Shown here: positions 19,163 to 28,216 of the stretch, piece by piece
Layout of the letters: the number at the start of each line of letters is the position of its first letter
How positions within the stretch are numbered: position 1 is the first letter of the stretch
IMG/VR virus record: IMGVR_UViG_3300027969_000058
Coordinates: 1 to 64,000 of that record
Direction: 5' to 3' (one strand)
DNA from: a virus
Length of the DNA stretch: 64,000 nt
Program-made: the position numbers and the translations under genes
The notes under the pieces: generated by a model
Told to the model about the DNA's origin: nothing
Databases searched by the model: none
The model's input: the letters and a program-made list of their open reading frames with translations, nothing else

Positions 19163-20323
19163 TTATTTAAGATATAGTTTTAACTTTTCTGTTATACCAA
19201 GTTCTTTAATATTGTATTTCCAAGAATGCAAGGTCCATGTACCTACTTCACCGTTAGTATCAAATGCACTCGTTGATGTAAGTGCTGTGATAATCATCTT
19301 AGCAAACGGACTTGCTTTTGATAACAACTGACTAATTTTCTTTGTGCCTAAACTTTCTGCGTAGGTCCAGAAGTCATTTTTGTATGAAGAACCGGCAAAG
19401 TAGTGCAGACTAATCATGCCTTCAATTTCGTTAATTAAATTTGCGTAACCAAAATTTGCACGCTCTGCTGTTGTTTTAGAATTAAACACATCTGCGGCCA
19501 TTAGATTAATCTGGTGAGCAAGTCCTGTGGAAGTTGCTTCTAAAGGTTCTAAGAAGAAAGATGCATTTCCATTATACACTACACGTTCGGAAAAATTGTT
19601 CTTTTTAAAATAATTGTTAAACTTTATTGAACGTTGAACAGACGGAACTAAGTTTAATTCTTTTAACAGTTCTGCTACTTCTTCTTTTACCTGTTCTTCT
19701 GTGGCAAATTTATCATTATATATGTAACCAATTGCACAGCGATTTTGTAACGGAATACCAAATACCCAACCCCATGACATAGCATAGGTAAGTGTGTGGC
19801 TAAATCTCGGATGGTCCCAAGGACATTGAGAAACAAAAGCGGCATTGACCGGAATGTGTTCTGCCAATCTATATTCTTCGCCAAATTCTGTCGGCGATCC
19901 TGTACACATTATAACATGATCGGCGTCGATGCCGTACCGTTCATTGATATTCTTCTCAATTAAATTTATTCTGGAGTTTGCTTTTAGTTTTTCAAATACA
20001 TAATCTTGAAATGTTACAGCACTAAAATGTATACCAACTGCTCCAATCGGAAACGGATGCAGAAATTCTTTTTCAGAAGTTCCCCAATTTCGTTTACTAA
20101 TGCCCACCTTAGGTGTAGCATTCAATGTGATCATGTCATTGCTATCAAACATTAAATTTTCTTGCAATGCTCTTGGGAAATTTAATGTGGTGCCTTCACC
20201 GACTGCGGCAGGTATAATTGCCGGATCATAGATCCAATCAATGGCATAATCGGTATGTCTAAGAAAATGGGCCGCTGTCATACAACCAACTGTGCCTCTT
20301 CCTACAACTGCTAATTTTTTCAT
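19163..20323 (-). CDS. Flavin-dependent tryptophan halogenase-family protein
   Basis: GRGTVG, VGEGT, GWVFGIP, FLEPLEAT. Confidence 0.8.
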   Translation of the reverse strand: MKKLAVVGRGTVGCMTAAHFLRHTDYAIDWIYDPAIIPAAVGEGTTLNFPRALQENLMFDSNDMITLNATPKVGISKRNWGTSEKEFLHPFPIGAVGIHFSAVTFQDYVFEKLKANSRINLIEKNINERYGIDADHVIMCTGSPTEFGEEYRLAEHIPVNAAFVSQCPWDHPRFSHTLTYAMSWGWVFGIPLQNRCAIGYIYNDKFATEEQVKEEVAELLKELNLVPSVQRSIKFNNYFKKNNFSERVVYNGNASFFLEPLEATSTGLAHQINLMAADVFNSKTTAERANFGYANLINEIEGMISLHYFAGSSYKNDFWTYAESLGTKKISQLLSKASPFAKMIITALTSTSAFDTNGEVGTWTLHSWKYNIKELGITEKLKLYLK

Positions 20324-20337
20324 CTGTTATCTTTGTT

Positions 20338-20413
20338 TGGTGCCCCCACCATGAATCGAACACGGGACAACCTGATTACAAATCAGGTGCTCTACCAGCT
20401 GAGCTATAAGGGC
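20338..20413 (-). tRNA. tRNA-Thr(TGT)
   Basis: cloverleaf, CCA. Confidence 0.95.
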
Positions 20414-20422
20414 TTGTATTAA

Positions 20423-20572
20423 TTAAGCGTCAGGTGTATCTTCTTGATATAGCTCTGGGTTAGCAGCTCTGTACTCGTCGATTTTTTTATCAAAATCGTC
20501 GTCACTTAAACTGTGCCAACCTACGCAATACCCGGTTGGACTACGTCCACATCCACATGGTGTTTGGCTCAT
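20423..20572 (-). CDS. Small CDGSH-like (3Cys-1His) protein, copy 3
   Basis: CGCGRSPTGYCVGWH; 49 aa, not in ORF track. Confidence 0.65.
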   Translation of the reverse strand: MSQTPCGCGRSPTGYCVGWHSLSDDDFDKKIDEYRAANPELYQEDTPDA

Positions 20573-20583
20573 GATAAATTTCC

Positions 20584-20766
20584 TTATTCTGGTGCAGATT
20601 CTGCGGCTGCTAATTGTTCAATGGCTGTTTGTGCTAAATCGTAGGAGCATGGAGGAGTCCATGCTCCAGTATAGCCTTCTGGCGGTTTAGCAGTAAATAC
20701 GTGATCTCCAAGGCAATAGCCTGAATCGCTACGTCCACAATTGCATGGTAATGTTAATGAATCCAT
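20584..20766 (-). CDS. Small CDGSH-like protein, copy 2
   Basis: CNCGRSDSGYCLGDH. Confidence 0.65.
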   Translation of the reverse strand: MDSLTLPCNCGRSDSGYCLGDHVFTAKPPEGYTGAWTPPCSYDLAQTAIEQLAAAESAPE

Positions 20767-20777
20767 TTTAGTTGTCC

Positions 20778-21032
20778 TTATTCTGGTGCAGATTCTGCTG
20801 GTGTGTCTGGATTAGTCCAGGTATATGTTTGAGGAGCAGGCTCAGCATACTCAATTGGCGGCACAAGAGTAGTTAGTTCTAAATTGTGCTGTGCTAATCG
20901 TACTTGATAAGTAGCTTCGTCTAATCGATGCCATCCGATACATCTTCCATTTGGACTGCGCCCGCATTCACAGTTATTCAGGCTTGCAGGCTCATCAAAG
21001 TGGGAATGTTCTGCGTGTTCTGTTTGACTCAT
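20778..21032 (-). CDS. Small CDGSH-like protein, copy 1
   Basis: CECGRSPNGRCIGWH. Confidence 0.65.
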   Translation of the reverse strand: MSQTEHAEHSHFDEPASLNNCECGRSPNGRCIGWHRLDEATYQVRLAQHNLELTTLVPPIEYAEPAPQTYTWTNPDTPAESAPE

Positions 21033-21053
21033 AATAAATTTTCCTATAATAGT

Positions 21054-21129
21054 TGGTGGAGATAGTCAGGATCGAACTGACGACCTTTAGCTTGCAAAGC
21101 TACTGCTCTCCCAGCTGAGCTATACCCCC
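21054..21129 (-). tRNA. tRNA-Ala(TGC)
   Basis: cloverleaf, G3:U70, CCA. Confidence 0.95.
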
Positions 21130-21130
21130 G

Positions 21131-21301
21131 TTATCTCTGTTGCATTTCTTCAATACGCTTAAACTCCTCATCCTCATTAATTGCATCTTGCACTTCTCGA
21201 GGATCAGGTTTTCTAAAAATATTATCGTAATTATCACAATACAATTGTGTAGCAGCCTTTGTTTGAATGCTATCTCCAGTTATATCATTTTTTGTAACCA
21301 T
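21131..21301 (-). CDS. Small hypothetical protein (MVTKNDITGDSIQTK...)
   Basis: 56-aa ORF with AAGGGA SD between tRNAs. Confidence 0.6.
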   Translation of the reverse strand: MVTKNDITGDSIQTKAATQLYCDNYDNIFRKPDPREVQDAINEDEEFKRIEEMQQR

Positions 21302-21318
21302 AATATTTCCCTTATTTG

Positions 21319-21394
21319 TGGCTCCCTAACGTGGGCTCGAACCACGGACCAACGGATTAACAGTCCGGCACTCTACCAACTGAGCTATTAGGGA
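21319..21394 (-). tRNA. tRNA-Asn(GTT)
   Basis: cloverleaf, CCA. Confidence 0.95.
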
Positions 21395-21419
21395 ATAACT
21401 TATTACTTATCTCTTTTTA

Positions 21420-21509
21420 TGGCGGAACGACTGAGACTCGAACTCAGAACCCGGATTACGCCGAGCGACAGATTAGCAATCTGCTCTAATACCATTATAG
21501 GACCGTTCC
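21420..21509 (-). tRNA. tRNA-Ser(GCT)
   Basis: long variable arm, CCA. Confidence 0.92.
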
Positions 21510-21594
21510 ATATAGAAGCACACTTAGAACTTTTCGCAACGGAGGTGTTCTTTCCAAGTGCATAGCTTATAACTATGCTAAATGTGCTTTTATA

Positions 21595-21706
21595 TGGTGT
21601 AGCTGGGAGGCTTCGAACCTCCAAAGGTTTTTGAATTATATTCTAAACCCGACCCCATTCTGTACTATAAGTACAGCGGGAGCTTTGCCTATTTGCTCAC
21701 AGCTAC
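21595..21706 (-). tRNA. Atypical 112-nt tRNA-like RNA (loop CTTATAG)
   Basis: GTAGCTG/CAGCTAC acceptor, canonical T arm, ACCA; extended anticodon and variable arms. Confidence 0.7.
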
Positions 21707-21713
21707 TATTGTA

Positions 21714-21742
21714 ATTATACAACATTAGCTAAGAGCTGTCAA
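21714..21742 (-). promoter_or_regulatory. sigma70 promoter
   Basis: TTGACA-17-TATAAT just upstream of the atypical tRNA. Confidence 0.85.
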
Positions 21743-21748
21743 ATATTT

Positions 21749-21823
21749 TGGCCGGTCTTGCAGGAGTCGAACCCACGACTTTTGTTTCGAAGACAAAGAT
21801 GATATCCATTTCACCAAAGACCG
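21749..21823 (-). tRNA. tRNA-Arg(TCG)
   Basis: cloverleaf, CCA. Confidence 0.88.
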
Positions 21824-21827
21824 TATA

Positions 21828-22979
21828 TCAATTTAGATACTTGTTAATCCAGAAATCAAAGGTTTCGGTTTGATTTCTCAATGCTGGTAATGTTTGCATA
21901 TATTCAACGCAGTTATCCCATTCTTCTGTGGGAGGTGCATTAGTAAGTTCTATTCCTGTAAGGATCATTCGTCGTGCTATCCCCGGACAGTTACCACTGG
22001 TTAAGTATGCATTGAGCTTATCTCTTACTCTTTGTTTAATTGCTTCTGGCAATTGTGCAACACGTAATTGCTCCGGAGCAATAATAGGTGAACTCATCAA
22101 GGTTGGAAATTTTGTTGTATTACTCCAGAGTTTTGTAATAGTTTCAACACACTCCGGCAATGCAAATACATTGTAAGCACCTATAGTAATTTGAAATCCT
22201 GATGGATTTAAATACTTTGAAAGAAGTATAAATTTTTCTCTAAATTCGTCTTGGTCTATACCTCGTATCCAATAATTTAAGTCTAATGGTGCATCAATAG
22301 ATACATTTATTTGTATATCACATTCTGCTAACTTTTCTGCAATTGCTTGTAAATGGCTTTCTTTAATCTGCTTAAGACCTGTAGATAATGACAATATCTT
22401 TAGCTTAGGTGCATTTGAGATAATGTCTATAAACTTTAGAAAGTTTGGACTTATTAATGGCTCACCGCCGTACAAATGTACTACTTCTAAATCATTGAGA
22501 TGATTGTTAATTTCCTCAAAATTAGATTTTGAATTAATTGGATGTTCTTTATTAATTTCTACAAATCTGTGGTAAGTTTTAATATCCGCAGTCTTTAGTA
22601 AATTTCCAATAGTAGTGGAAAAATGAGAACCGCACATCACACAAGAACTTGCACAGACATTGTCAAGTGCAATTGTTACTTTTTTAAGTTGGTGTGTAGT
22701 AGGAGCAGTCCATCCTGTCTTGCGATAATTATCTTCTGAAAATTTTCTAAAAGAATAATTATTTTTAGGAACATCACAGGCTCGACATCCTTCGAGTAGC
22801 CTGCCACTTTCAAAGTGATCTTTACGCCATGCAACTAACTTTTCTGAAAAGAAATCGGCAACAAAATTTTCATCGTATGGAGTAGGTCCTATAAACTTAC
22901 AACAAGGCCTTGCACCACCATAGGGATTTACTTCAATGCTGTAGTACGGTACCCAGCACAATGGTTCTGTTTTTTGCAT
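21828..22979 (-). CDS. Radical SAM enzyme with N-terminal twitch/SPASM-like Cys cluster
   Basis: CASSCVMC (CxxxCxxC), GGEP; N-terminal C...CC...CxxC. Confidence 0.85.
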   Translation of the reverse strand: MQKTEPLCWVPYYSIEVNPYGGARPCCKFIGPTPYDENFVADFFSEKLVAWRKDHFESGRLLEGCRACDVPKNNYSFRKFSEDNYRKTGWTAPTTHQLKKVTIALDNVCASSCVMCGSHFSTTIGNLLKTADIKTYHRFVEINKEHPINSKSNFEEINNHLNDLEVVHLYGGEPLISPNFLKFIDIISNAPKLKILSLSTGLKQIKESHLQAIAEKLAECDIQINVSIDAPLDLNYWIRGIDQDEFREKFILLSKYLNPSGFQITIGAYNVFALPECVETITKLWSNTTKFPTLMSSPIIAPEQLRVAQLPEAIKQRVRDKLNAYLTSGNCPGIARRMILTGIELTNAPPTEEWDNCVEYMQTLPALRNQTETFDFWINKYLN

Positions 22980-22990
22980 ATTATATTTAT

Positions 22991-23069
22991 TGGTTGCAGA
23001 GGCAGGATTCGCACCTGCGATCTGTAGCTTATGAGACTACCGGGGACGGCTGGACTCCCCTACTCTGCG
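22991..23069 (-). tRNA. tRNA-Met(CAT), initiator-like
   Basis: C1:A72 mismatch; lacks the 3 G-C anticodon-stem pairs; T loop TGCGAAT. Confidence 0.8.
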
Positions 23070-23075
23070 ATAATT

Positions 23076-23151
23076 TGGAGCGGCTAACCGGGTTCGAACC
23101 GGTGACATTCACGTTGGCAACGTGATGCTCTACCAACTGAGCTACAGCCGC
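23076..23151 (-). tRNA. tRNA-Gly(GCC)
   Basis: cloverleaf, CCA. Confidence 0.95.
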
Positions 23152-23154
23152 AAT

Positions 23155-23925
23155 TTATACTTTACCTATTAGTGGTATCAACCACTTTCCTATATCAAAC
23201 TCATACCATGCATGGCTATCATGATGTCTTGAAGGGTGGGCGTGATGATTATTCTGCAATGCACCTGATCCTTGCCAGCAAAGCCAACTGAACCATGCAA
23301 AGTTTCTACTATTATCTTTAGTTTCAAATCTTCTTGAACCCCACATGTGTCCTGCACTATTTGTAAAACTTGTAGTTAACATTCCAATACTTGATCCAAG
23401 GCACATAAACACAGTTAAGTGCCAGTCGATTGCTAACGTAACCACTATACCCAACCACCAAACTTTAATAGAATGTTGTTCAATAAACAAATAAAACTTA
23501 TCTGATAAAAATCGTTTTCCTAATAATAAAGAAAGCTTCATAGGATGTTTTGTAAGCTGCCAACCCATAAATGCTTTCCAAAAATTTTCAACAGGGCTGT
23601 GTGGATCTTCGGCTGTGTCGCTTTTGGCATGGTGTGTTATATGTACTATCCTATAAGATATAGGACTACCAAATGCTCCCAATGCCGCAAATATTGATCC
23701 AACTCGGGCAACCCACGATTTGCATTCAAATGCCTGATGGCTAAAATATCTATGTAAAAAGATACCTTCTCCTACTACGTAAAACAAAAACCATGAACAA
23801 AATGAAACTGATAACCATATGTAATTTTGCTCTGTAACTAATAGCACTATTGCTAATACAGCAATCAAATATTGTACAAAAATTGTCTGCAGAGTATAGT
23901 TTCTAATTGATCCGATACTGTTCAT
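23155..23925 (-). CDS. Membrane fatty acid desaturase
   Basis: HRYFSH, HITHH, QNNHH. Confidence 0.88.
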   Translation of the reverse strand: MNSIGSIRNYTLQTIFVQYLIAVLAIVLLVTEQNYIWLSVSFCSWFLFYVVGEGIFLHRYFSHQAFECKSWVARVGSIFAALGAFGSPISYRIVHITHHAKSDTAEDPHSPVENFWKAFMGWQLTKHPMKLSLLLGKRFLSDKFYLFIEQHSIKVWWLGIVVTLAIDWHLTVFMCLGSSIGMLTTSFTNSAGHMWGSRRFETKDNSRNFAWFSWLCWQGSGALQNNHHAHPSRHHDSHAWYEFDIGKWLIPLIGKV

Positions 23926-24088
23926 TTAGTTTTCTTATCCTTTATTTTCTTTAAAAATAACCAACGAATATAGGATGGTAACTTAATTGGTAGATCAAAC
24001 GATTCTAAAGAAGGTGTAGTTTCTTTAGGAATATGACCGTATGCTTTTTCAAGCGTTTCTTTAGCTGACATAGCACTGCTCCTTTATT

Positions 24089-24165
24089 TGGTGCCCCAGG
24101 GGAGACTCGAACTCCCAAAATTTGGCTTCTAAGACCAACACGTATACCAATTCCGTCACCGGGGC
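24089..24165 (-). tRNA. tRNA-Leu(TAG), short variable arm
   Basis: 77-nt cloverleaf, CCA. Confidence 0.9.
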
Positions 24166-24812
24166 GTTATAAGTTTACCTTCATTTACTTTATCGATAAC
24201 TTGCTGAAAAGTCATTGATAAGCATTTAAATCTAAGGAACACACGTTCCTTGTCATTATTTCTCACTCCATGAATAATATCACCATTAAACATACTTGGG
24301 TGAGTAAGACTGTAGTGATAACTATAAATTAAATCTCTGTCAGGTTTAATTGCCTGAGCATAACCTTTTGCACGTTCCCATGTTTCACCCTCTGGCAGTC
24401 TATAAAAATCTATAGGACTTGCACCCTCATCAGGGTAAATTGGAAACATAATACCGCAGTGCATGTGGTAATCAACATGCGGCTTAAAAACATATCCGGG
24501 CTTGTATATAAGCACATCAACATCCGGACCAGTCAATGGCTGATCAAAGTTAAATCTGCTTACTAATTTCTTAATAGGTTCAAAATCTTTTACCTGTTTG
24601 CCTATAAAACCAGCAGTATCGATTGTATCAAACAATCCATCTTGAAATTCTTTACCGTGTGATAAATTTGAGGGATTTCGTTCTTTTCTAAATCTATTTA
24701 AAACTGATCCAAAATCATTTCTGTATTGTCTTACGCTTTCAAACCAATCTTTTAATTCGGTTCTGTCGTATGTAACTTCGTCAAATATCACATGATGTTC
24801 AAAAATCTGCAT
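24156..24812 (-). CDS. Fe(II)/2OG oxygenase
   Basis: PHVD...IHGVRN...R; stop codon lies inside tRNA-Leu. Confidence 0.75.
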   Translation of the reverse strand: MQIFEHHVIFDEVTYDRTELKDWFESVRQYRNDFGSVLNRFRKERNPSNLSHGKEFQDGLFDTIDTAGFIGKQVKDFEPIKKLVSRFNFDQPLTGPDVDVLIYKPGYVFKPHVDYHMHCGIMFPIYPDEGASPIDFYRLPEGETWERAKGYAQAIKPDRDLIYSYHYSLTHPSMFNGDIIHGVRNNDKERVFLRFKCLSMTFQQVIDKVNEGKLITPR

Positions 24813-24870
24813 AAGAATTCCTATGTTCTCTACTGCTATTTATTGCGTAGCCCATATATGCAGATTATTA

Positions 24871-24945
24871 TGGCGGTCCGAACGGGAATCGAACCCGTCT
24901 CCTCGCAGTGACAGTGCGAAATACTAACCGATATACTATCGGACC
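24871..24945 (-). tRNA. tRNA-Asp(GTC)
   Basis: cloverleaf, CCA. Confidence 0.93.
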
Positions 24946-24950
24946 GAAGT

Positions 24951-25027
24951 TGGAAGTGCGAGTGGGACTCGAACCCACGGCTTTACGGATTTGCAATCCG
25001 GTACATTGGCCACTCTGTCACCGCACT
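24951..25027 (-). tRNA. tRNA-Cys(GCA)
   Basis: cloverleaf, U73, CCA. Confidence 0.92.
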
Positions 25028-25034
25028 ATAAAAT

Positions 25035-25123
25035 TGGTGGAGATGATAGGATTCGAACCTATTGCGTTTCTTAAGTACCGGATTTACAGTCCGGGGCCAC
25101 TCCACCATCGTAGCCGCATCTCC
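25035..25123 (-). tRNA. tRNA-Tyr(GTA)
   Basis: long variable arm, CCA. Confidence 0.9.
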
Positions 25124-25351
25124 ATTTGTTATACATACCTGTTATGGACAGTAATCGCCCTACTGCCGTTTGTGGAATTCACACTCCCTGGAACGCTTAT
25201 TACTAAGACCGCTAAGTCTATGATTCGACGATTTCCACATCCTGTTAAGGTTAACCTTAGACCATGTCTAAGTGAGCCGGCACTCCCCTATATTGCGTCG
25301 GATGACATTAAGCTGGTGAACACAGCTTTTTTCCGGGTATGTATAACAAAT
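25124..25351 (-). ncRNA. Candidate structured RNA in tRNA spacer
   Basis: 16-bp terminal inverted repeat ATTTGTTATACATACC plus several inner hairpins. Confidence 0.5.
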
Positions 25352-25425
25352 GGTACTCGATAGCGGAGTCGAACCGCTCTTCCCAGGATGAAAACCTGGT
25401 GTCCTAACCGATAGACGAATCGAGC
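25351..25425 (-). tRNA. tRNA-Glu(TTC)
   Basis: cloverleaf, CCA. Confidence 0.92.
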
Positions 25426-25477
25426 ACAATGTCTTTTAAATTTTTAAGGAACAAGACTAATTGCTTAGTATGTGTAT

Positions 25478-25506
25478 ATTATAGCATCAACGCTGTAATG
25501 CGTCAA
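25478..25506 (-). promoter_or_regulatory. sigma70 promoter for the second tRNA block
   Basis: TTGACG-17-TATAAT. Confidence 0.8.
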
Positions 25507-25549
25507 CTCATTTTGGCTCAAGAATAATAAATCTTGAGTAAATAATAGT

Positions 25550-26242
25550 ATGACTAAACCATACTTTAAACTCAATCTTCCAATCCCTACCAACAAGCTA
25601 TTAGCACCTACATTCAAATTACCAGGCACAGAGTACAATGTTGATAATCCATATATCCCAGTTGAAAAAGATGTACATGGTAACGCATTAAATTGTGCTA
25701 CACACAATAAGTGGATACACCGATTTAACGGACCCGACGGTGGCGCAGGATATGTGCCTATTCTCGATGTTCTCAGTAAAGAACTTGTAGATTTTATGAC
25801 TGCTCGAGATCTCGATATAGGTTGTATCTTTATATTCTACGCATGTCCCGGAAGTCTTCCGGGCGGAATACACGCAGACTGGGGAAATGTCACAACAGGA
25901 AAACATGCTAATTTTGCAATTAACTGGACAGTAGGAGAGCCAGGAGGCAGTAGCATGATTTGGTATGAGCCTATCGATCCAACTGTTGACGAAAATGGTT
26001 GGCCAATTAAGGCCCAGCCGGCTGCACTTGCTTATCCAATTCCTACTTGGAAGAAAAAGTATGTTCAAGAAATTGCAAGATACAGTATTGACGAGCCTAC
26101 ACTGGTAAGAACTGACATACCACACAACGCAGAAAACTATTCCGAAACTCCCCGATGGTGTTTTAGTATTCGAACTAATTTGGTTATTACAGAATGGCAG
26201 GAAGCGATCGATAAATTTTCAGACGTCCTGGTTGAAGTTTAA
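25550..26242 (+). CDS. Fe(II)/2OG oxygenase
   Basis: IHAD...PTLVRTDIPHNAEN...R. Confidence 0.7.
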   Translation: MTKPYFKLNLPIPTNKLLAPTFKLPGTEYNVDNPYIPVEKDVHGNALNCATHNKWIHRFNGPDGGAGYVPILDVLSKELVDFMTARDLDIGCIFIFYACPGSLPGGIHADWGNVTTGKHANFAINWTVGEPGGSSMIWYEPIDPTVDENGWPIKAQPAALAYPIPTWKKKYVQEIARYSIDEPTLVRTDIPHNAENYSETPRWCFSIRTNLVITEWQEAIDKFSDVLVEV

Positions 26243-26244
26243 TT

Positions 26245-26321
26245 TGGTACGGTGAGCGGGATTCGAACCCGCACTCGACAGATTTTAAGTCTGTTGCCTC
26301 TGCCTATTGGGCTACCACCGC
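26245..26321 (-). tRNA. tRNA-Leu(TAA), short variable arm
   Basis: 77-nt cloverleaf, CCA. Confidence 0.9.
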
Positions 26322-26345
26322 ATATATTCTAACTATAAATAGATC

Positions 26346-27125
26346 ATGAATAGATCAACTATCGACCCTATAATACTGTCTACAGTAGGAATAACATTTC
26401 CTATTGTGTCAATATTTTGGATATTTTTAAATTTAAACTTAGAATCAATATTAACATTATACTTGACTTCTTGGTTTACAGCCATACATGTTACACTATT
26501 TGCGCATCGTGCATGGACACACAAAGCATGGATACCAAATTTAGTTGTTAAAATCTACGGACTGTTTATGTTCACAGTTCTGTTAGTGGGTAACAGTATT
26601 GGTTGGGTTTCTGTGCATAGAGAACATCATCGGCATACTGATACAGACAAAGACCCACATAGTCCGTACTTTAAATCAAGATTACAAATACATTTTCTAT
26701 CCTACTTTAACGAAATTAAAATTCAATACATAACTGATCTCATGCGTGACAAACATCAGTTATTTTTTGCTAAACAGTATTGGACTATTAATCTAATTCT
26801 ATTCTTAGTATTATTTTTAATAGACCCTAACTTATTATTCTTTTGGATCGCAGTCCTTGGCGTAAATGTTATTAAAATGCATACTATAAACTCTTTAGGA
26901 CACAACACTCCAAAGTTTCTATTACCTATAGACAATACTGCTGGTAGTTCTAATAGTCTAATACTTGCGCTGATTAATATTAACAACGGTGAAGCATGGC
27001 ATAAGAATCATCATGATGATCCTAAGAATTGGAATTTTAGTAGACGATGGTACGAAATTGATCCGCCGGCTTGGATAATACGAGCGTTAGTCTTTGCAAG
27101 ATTAGCAAAATTTAATAATGGATAA
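26346..27125 (+). CDS. Membrane fatty acid desaturase
   Basis: HRAWTH, HREHH, HKNHH. Confidence 0.9.
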   Translation: MNRSTIDPIILSTVGITFPIVSIFWIFLNLNLESILTLYLTSWFTAIHVTLFAHRAWTHKAWIPNLVVKIYGLFMFTVLLVGNSIGWVSVHREHHRHTDTDKDPHSPYFKSRLQIHFLSYFNEIKIQYITDLMRDKHQLFFAKQYWTINLILFLVLFLIDPNLLFFWIAVLGVNVIKMHTINSLGHNTPKFLLPIDNTAGSSNSLILALININNGEAWHKNHHDDPKNWNFSRRWYEIDPPAWIIRALVFARLAKFNNG

Positions 27126-27864
27126 TACAATGGACATCTTAGATATATTATATACACCGCTTGCTGTAAAGCCGCAACCTGATTACCAAATTGAAGATTT
27201 ACGAAATTGGTTAGCTAACAATTATGGCCCGCTTGCCAGATATAAAAATATCCTTGCAAGTACACGACTTATAGCAGAACGAGTAGTTGAAAACTACCCT
27301 TGGGATTTAACTGTTGCATATATTAATATGACTGATACAGGTCCGGGATGGCTCAATGGATTTGATAAACAATTCCCTGAGCTTTCTAAATATCTGTACG
27401 AAGCATTCGACTTGCCGCTTGAAGAACTTGGTCTTGTAATATTCTTGCCTATTCGAGAAAACCATAAAGGTTTAGGCTTTTGGCATAATGACGGTGATAT
27501 CTCAGGTTTACGAATATTCTTTGAAATAGAGGATGTTACTAAAAACAAACTACTAATTCGTAGGATGAAAGAACCCTATGAGAAAAGACTTAACATTCCA
27601 ATACCTATGGATGAAGACACATATCTTCAAAAAGAAGTATTTGAATGTAAGATCCTATCTGATAGACAATGTCATTTTCTTAATAACATACGAGGAGCAC
27701 ACGCAACTTATACCGAAGAATTAGGCACTAATAGGATTGCTGCATTTGTTACCAGTAAACTGAATAATCAACAAAAGTTTTTTGATTTAGTTAAACCATT
27801 GATATTGAGATCTGCTGAACAGTATAAAGAGCATGTTATAATGTGGGAACCTGAATCTAAATAA
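27118..27864 (+). CDS. Fe(II)/2OG oxygenase-like protein
   Basis: WHND...NNIRGAH...R. Confidence 0.55.
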   Translation: MDNTMDILDILYTPLAVKPQPDYQIEDLRNWLANNYGPLARYKNILASTRLIAERVVENYPWDLTVAYINMTDTGPGWLNGFDKQFPELSKYLYEAFDLPLEELGLVIFLPIRENHKGLGFWHNDGDISGLRIFFEIEDVTKNKLLIRRMKEPYEKRLNIPIPMDEDTYLQKEVFECKILSDRQCHFLNNIRGAHATYTEELGTNRIAAFVTSKLNNQQKFFDLVKPLILRSAEQYKEHVIMWEPESK

Positions 27865-27867
27865 GTT

Positions 27868-27956
27868 TGGAGGAAGGATGGTAGAATCGAACTCCAACCG
27901 CTTTCGCAGTCCATCTGTTTTCAAGACAGTGCAGGGCCCAGCCCTGATAACCTTCC
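27868..27956 (-). tRNA. tRNA-Ser(TGA), atypical (Sec-like D arm, U73)
   Basis: 6-bp D stem CAGGGC/GCCCTG, long variable arm, CCA. Confidence 0.75.
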
Positions 27957-27962
27957 GAATGC

Positions 27963-28037
27963 TGGCGCGGCGAATTGGACTCGAACCAACATAGAACACT
28001 TTAGAAGAGTGTTGCCTTTCCATTAGACTACCGCCGC
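27963..28037 (-). tRNA. tRNA-Arg(TCT)
   Basis: cloverleaf, CCA. Confidence 0.9.
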
Positions 28038-28045
28038 AATAAAAA

Positions 28046-28121
28046 TGGTACACCCTGTTGGAATCGAACCAACTTCAACGGCTCTTCAGACCGCCGCTAT
28101 GACCACATCAGCTAAAGGTGC
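28046..28121 (-). tRNA. tRNA-Phe(GAA)
   Basis: cloverleaf, CCA. Confidence 0.9.
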
Positions 28122-28133
28122 AATAAATTGTAT

Positions 28134-28210
28134 TGGTACCCCCTGTCTGATTCGAACAGACAGCCAACTCCTTTTGAGAGAATCCGCACTACCAATTAGC
28201 GTAAGGGGGT
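28134..28210 (-). tRNA. tRNA-Leu(CAA), short variable arm
   Basis: cloverleaf, CCA. Confidence 0.82.
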
Positions 28211-28216
28211 ATTGTA

